From Octopus bimaculoides (Eukaryota): a stretch of DNA of 38,929 nt. Below the pieces are notes generated by a model. It saw nothing but the letters and a program-made list of their open reading frames with translations, searched no databases and had not been told where the DNA came from. Below, in pieces: positions 33,616 through 38,929 of the stretch. Both the position numbers and the translations under genes were made by a program. Position 1 is the stretch's first letter. Every line of letters starts with the position of its first letter. The stretch is taken from positions 52,344,999 to 52,383,927 of the forward strand of contig NC_068982.1 in assembly GCF_001194135.2 (NCBI RefSeq), read 5' to 3'.

Positions 33616-34659
33616 TTAAAAATGCGTCTATTATTACAAGCTACAATGGAAAAGCAAAACGGATTGAGTGCAATTATTACCGACGTCAAATCCACCGGGG
33701 GGTAGATTCAATTGACTCGCATCTCGTCCCTCCTTTGCTTAAGATGTTGGTCATGTGCCGAATGAAAAAAAAAAAACTTTTAACTACATATAGCCATTAT
33801 TTTCTTTGAATCCCATTGGCAAATGTTGATTTAAAAAGCGTACGAGATAATTTTTTTTTCAATATTTTAAAACTGGAACTCAAGAGACAGCTGGTTGTTA
33901 GAGAAGTGTTAGATAAAAAAAAATATGATAAAAATATAAAACTGAGTACTTTTTCCTGCAGAAAATTAGAACTTGCATTTAATTATGTTTTTCTGCTAGA
34001 GAGTATATATATTTTTTATACACTTAATCGGAAAGTAAATTAAGACTGTTTGCGGTATTTTTCCCTCGCCAAATATTTGTTTCTGTCAATGAGAATTTTA
34101 TATACTTGATAAGCTGGAAATAAGTATGATTTATTTTGAGCAGTTCTATAAATGTTTTGTGAATCATCTTTATGCAACACTTAACGTTATTTATGCACCA
34201 TTTGACATTGATGAGAATGATAAAAAGAGAGTTGTTTCCAGGAGCAACAAACATTTCATATGGTCTCTTCTCATCCCCGGATTTAGCAGCATGAAGTAAA
34301 CGACGGTTGGTTCTCATTCTCAAGACAAGGCATCAGTTTAATGCATATAATATTTTCAGAATATACGATTCCTTTTTCAGGCAGCTAGATGCACCGTGAC
34401 ATGAACTCCCCCCCCCCCAAAAAAAACCTTTGTAGCGGATATGTAGTCACGATTCAAAACTCGATAGTTTAATTTCCAACACTCCTTAAGATTTTCCTTA
34501 TTATCTCTGATCATGAAAAATCTAGTGGCAACAGTATAGAACAAGCAGTAATATGGAACGTCAATTTTCCAAGCGGATTTCGATACCTAGCGACAGCCAT
34601 TTCATTTTAACTCAGACAGATAATGATTTAACCAAAACAAAAGGATTTTTATTTTTTAT

Positions 34660-34911
34660 TCATTTCAGTGATTAGACTGCGACCATGCGTGCGTGGGATC
34701 CACCTTGAAAAACTTTTAGTCGAACGAATCGACCCCAATGTCTTTTTTGAGCCTGGTACTTATTCTATCGTTCTCTTTTGCCGATTTACTGGGACCTAAA
34801 CACACCAACACCGGTTGTCAAGCGGTGATGGAGGACAAATACAGACACAAAGACACACACATACATATAGATGTAGGTATGTGTGTGTGTGCCTGTGTGT
34901 GTATACGACGG
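34660..34911 (-). mobile_element. SINE family B, 3' half plus central microsatellite
   Basis: Homologous to 25281-25440; ends ATACGACGG, the reverse complement of the head/microsatellite boundary seen near 3650. Confidence 0.75.
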
Positions 34912-35290
34912 TTTGCACCCAGCGAGCAAAAGCCTTCGTCATGTCAAGTTCCTTGTACAGAATATTTTCAATTGTCTCACAGGATATACTAATAGCATTG
35001 GCTATTTGATTGAAAGTCAATTGCCTATCATCCGTCATCATGTGGTGAACACGATCAATGCTCTCCTTAGTGATGGCAGTTTGCAGGACATCCAGAAGTT
35101 GGGTCGCCTTCAAGTCTCTCCCTTCCGCTCCTAAATTCGGCTGCCCACTTTTGCACTGTTGATAGAGCTGGAGCATCATCCCCTAATGTAGTTACCATGT
35201 CAGTATGAATGTCGTTGGGGGATAAACAGTTTTTTCTGAAGGTACTTGATAACAACGCAACACTAAATCTTGTTCTTATTTTAGAGAAGT
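34912..35290 (-). mobile_element. mariner 5' fragment (HTH region, irritans-like)
   Basis: VVIKYLQKNCLSPNDIHTDMVTTLGDDAPALSTVQKWAAEFRSGR...ILYKELDMTKAFARWV; truncated at the WVP motif. Confidence 0.8.
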
Positions 35291-35495
35291 CATTACTAGT
35301 TAATTTCTAAGTCTTCTTTGAACAGTCAAATGTCAGTTTACATGGAAAGAAATCAGAGCTGACATTAATGCATGCAAGATTTCACAGCACCAGCATCACT
35401 CTTTCAGAGAGATCGTATGAACTTTTCAGTCCACACTCGTACACATACATACATACATACATACATATGTATGTATAGATATACATTCAAATGTA

Positions 35496-35527
<32 letters not shown>

Positions 35528-37072
35528 NNNNNNNNNNNNNNNNNNNNNNNNNNNNNNNNNNNNNNNNNNNNNNNNNNNNNNNNNNNNNNNNNNNNNNNNN
35601 NNNNNNNNNNNNNNNNNNNNNNNNNNNNNNNNNNNNNNNNNNNNNNNNNNNNNNNNNNNNNNNNNNNNNNNNNNNNNNNNNNNNNNNNNNNNNNNNNNNN
35701 NNNNNNNNNNNNNNNNNNNNNNNNNNNNNNNNNNNNNNNNNNNNNNNNNNNNNNNNNNNNNNNNNNNNNNNNNNNNNNNNNNNNNNNNNNNNNNNNNNNN
35801 NNNNNNNNNNNNNNNNNNNNNNNNNNNNNNNNNNNNNNNNNNNNNNNNNNNNNNNNNNNNNNNNNNNNNNNNNNNNNNNNNNNNNNNNNNNNNNNNNNNN
35901 NNNNNNNNNNNNNNNNNNNNNNNNNNNNNNNNNNNNNNNNNNNNNNNNNNNNNNNNNNNNNNNNNNNNNNNNNNNNNNNNNNNNNNNNNNNNNNNNNNNN
36001 NNNNNNNNNNNNNNNNNNNNNNNNNNNNNNNNNNNNNNNNNNNNNNNNNNNNNNNNNNNNNNNNNNNNNNNNNNNNNNNNNNNNNNNNNNNNNNNNNNNN
36101 NNNNNNNNNNNNNNNNNNNNNNNNNNNNNNNNNNNNNNNNNNNNNNNNNNNNNNNNNNNNNNNNNNNNNNNNNNNNNNNNNNNNNNNNNNNNNNNNNNNN
36201 NNNNNNNNNNNNNNNNNNNNNNNNNNNNNNNNNNNNNNNNNNNNNNNNNNNNNNNNNNNNNNNNNNNNNNNNNNNNNNNNNNNNNNNNNNNNNNNNNNNN
36301 NNNNNNNNNNNNNNNNNNNNNNNNNNNNNNNNNNNNNNNNNNNNNNNNNNNNNNNNNNNNNNNNNNNNNNNNNNNNNNNNNNNNNNNNNNNNNNNNNNNN
36401 NNNNNNNNNNNNNNNNNNNNNNNNNNNNNNNNNNNNNNNNNNNNNNNNNNNNNNNNNNNTATATATATCTGTGTGTGTGTGTGTGTGTGTATGTATAGTA
36501 CTGTGTATATTAAAATACATAAGAGGAATCCACTTACTGGATTCCTTACGCTAGAAAGAACTGCTAGGTTCTAGAACCACAAAATTAGGGATAAAATCCC
36601 GAAAGGAACAAAATGAAAAATAAAAACTTTTACCATATCTTTCCTGGACCAAATTGGTTTCTGACTTCTTATTTTACTAATTTAAAATAATTTGCTCGGT
36701 GAAGTCTTTATCAACAGGTACACCCAAGACTAAAAAATATAAACACGAGGTAATCAATTTCATGCCTCATGCTTATTATACATTCTAATTTTTTCAGATC
36801 TACTGCGCAGGCGAAGCTCCTTGCTGACAATAAAAATGCCATCTTTTAAAATTCGAAAAATTATCCAAAAAACTTATCCATTTCCCTTTGATACGATTAA
36901 TTATTATAAGTTTTTTTGATAATTTTGAACAGAAGAGGTGCTAGATTGGTGCAGATACTGGGACACTTTTAGCAGGCATTGAATAAAAGATCGTTATACA
37001 CACGCAGTGAGAATGAGACCTTAAAGTCAGAGGAGAAGGAAGAGAAAGAGAAAACAGAGGAGAGGGAACGCA

Positions 37073-38929
37073 CATAAAACCGGCCAAGTGTGGAGCTATG
37101 GTGGTGAGGCTCGCAGACCTCTACAAGGCTGAAGCTCGCTGCCAGCTTCAAGACATCGCCTTCTATTGCCCTCTGCCTTCCAAGCCCACGCCTAACTACC
37201 AACAAACTGTGTCCTCCACTATCTATGACCTCATCTCCTCGTCCTGTCTCCCTCCCACTCGCTCCAACCTCATTGTCCGCACTCCATGCACCCCAACCAT
37301 TTTCTTTCTTCCCCAAATCCACAAGCCCAACAATCCTGGCTGCCCCGTCATCTCCGCCTGTAACTGCCCCACGGAATTGATCTCTAAATACCTCGACAAT
37401 GTCGTTGCCTCCTAGTGGCTTTCCTTCCCCTCCTTTCCCTACTCCAACACACTAATCATACTTTCCATCTCTTTAACTCTTTCTACTTCCATTCTGGCTT
37501 CTCTAAACTTCTCTTCACTCTTGATATCAAGAGTCTATGTACGGTGATTCCACTCAACGAAGGACTTCTTGCACTCAAATACTTTCTAGACCTTCGACCC
37601 AACCCCCAATCTGACACTTCCACACTTCTTCGTCTGGCCGAACTTGTTCTTTCCTTCAACTTCTCGTTCGCAGGGCATGTTTGCCGACATGTCTCAGGAA
37701 TGACCATGTGAACGAGAATGGGTCCCAGCTATGCGAACTTTTTCGTTGGTTACGTTGTGGCCCAAATATTCTCATGATTCACTGGTCCCACTCCCGAACT
37801 ATACAGTCGTTACATTGATGACTGTATCGATGTGACTTCACTCTCCTGCGAACAACTAGAATCCTTCCTCTTTTTTGTCCAATCCTCCCATCTTGCCCTC
37901 GAATTCTTCTGCACTATTTCCAACACTTCCGTCGAATTTCTCGACATTTCTGTCTACATACACCACTCTGCTCTCACTTCCTCCATTCACTACAAACACA
38001 CCGACTTACATATTCCTACTTTAGCTTCTCCTCCTACCCACACTAAGCTCGCTATCCCTTACTCCCAATTCTTCCGTCTGCGTGGATATCCTTCGTGGAT
38101 ATCCCCTCACCACCATCCACACAGCCCTTACTACCAGAGCACGTTCTGTGGACCGTGCCCCTGCTCTCTCTGCCCGCACCGCTCCGTCGTTGCTCGTCTC
38201 CCATTCCATCTCATCTACCACCCCTACAACCCGCCCCTCCAATGCACCATTCTCCGATCTTTCCAGAGACTCCAGTCTGACCCTCCACCTCGCACATCTA
38301 CTCCAACCTACTTCTTCCCTCCTTCAAACGAGCCTGCGTGATCTCCAGGCCCACAGTTTCTTCCCTAACCCCACCTCCCAACCTGGCTCGTTCCCCTGCT
38401 TCCGCCCACGTTGCTGCACTTGCCCCTACTTCTCCAACACCACCATTCTCACAGGCACGCATCATCGTTCCTATCATAATACCGACTCCTTTACCTGCAC
38501 TTCTAGCAACGTCATTTACTACATCTCCTGGTCTTTTTGCCCCTCTCTGTACATCGGTCAAACGGAACGCCGCTTGGCTGACCGGTTCGCGGAGCACCTT
38601 CGAGACATCAAACTCGGCAATGACACCCCGGTCTCGTGCCATTTCCGCTTTACCGGTCATTCACTACAACACCTGTTTGGGTTTGGATTGTCTTTGCACT
38701 GGGGCCATCTGGACTCCCGCCTTCGCAGTGAGCTACAATTAATCTTCTCTCTTCACTCGTTTGCGCCATATGGGCTCAATTCCCCTCTTGTCTTTATTTG
38801 ACTTCCCTCCTCTCCTCTCTTCATCTGATACCTCCTCTTCTCTCTTCACTCCTACCCACCTTCTCTCCTCATTGATACCACTCTTACACCCCACCCTACA
38901 CCACCCCCACCCTACACCACCCCCACCCT
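37073..38929 (+). mobile_element. Penelope-like element (Neptune-like): RT, Cys-rich linker, GIY-YIG endonuclease and CT-rich 3' region; pseudogenised
   Basis: KPAKCGAMVV, LPQIHKP..P.CPVISAC.CPTE, TLDIKSLCT, MGPSYAN, RYIDD, EFLDI, CFRPRCCTC, NVIYYI...YIGQTERRLADRFAEH; stop at 38799-38801; several frameshifts and stops. Confidence 0.92.

Noticed and set aside
34024-34335. Codon-aligned open frames on both strands (LLHAAKSGD ankyrin-like on minus; DIDEND cadherin-like on plus)
   Set aside because: Motif matches are too short, splice sites are weak, and a few open frames of this length are expected by chance.
4490-36574. Long 200-400 aa ORFs in the track (4490-5643, 8809-9324, 25256-26076, 26480-27519, 29139-29627, 35372-36574)
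   Set aside because: They are open only because they cross N gaps and dinucleotide repeats.
36803-36815. NRF1-like TGCGCAGGCG motif
   Set aside because: Single imperfect site with no supporting context.
37028-37070. Purine-rich block as an inverted Penelope terminal repeat
   Set aside because: Similarity to 38804-38846 is only low-complexity CT/AG.
15033-38742. ORFs 15033-15392, 18295-18618, 18626-18895, 27589-27849, 36969-37322, 38298-38660, 38338-38742
   Set aside because: Antisense or off-frame shadows of LINE and Penelope coding relics.

Overview
This is AT-rich eukaryotic non-coding DNA from a short-read scaffold, with 8 N-gaps totalling about 3.7 kb (650-659, 4589-5557, 8858-9166, 12650-12659, 25444-25974, 26609-27421, 29218-29377, 35528-36460). 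Most gaps sit in microsatellites. The repeat set looks like an octopus genome; this is an inference from recalled SINE families, not a database result. I find no supportable host gene, tRNA, rRNA or CRISPR array. The window is a nest of decayed mobile elements: about 19 copies or fragments of one tRNA-derived SINE (Meta/MESC-like core), pieces of two other SINE families, and LINE relics (RTE x2, CR1-group x2, L1/Tx1, R4/Dong). It also holds two Penelope-like relics, three mariner relics, a DD37D maT element, hAT-type ends and a Helentron-type non-autonomous element. No transposase or RT frame is intact. Best leads: (1) two 43-nt minimal type I hammerhead-ribozyme-like motifs (7178-7220 minus, 12471-12513 plus) with palindromic stems II and III and a shared non-canonical core base; (2) a fold-back mariner made of two 5' ends; (3) a possible ORF1-only L1/Tx1 derivative; (4) a SINE with twin-priming geometry; (5) a templated fold-back at an RTE 5' junction. 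All alignments and counts were done by eye.
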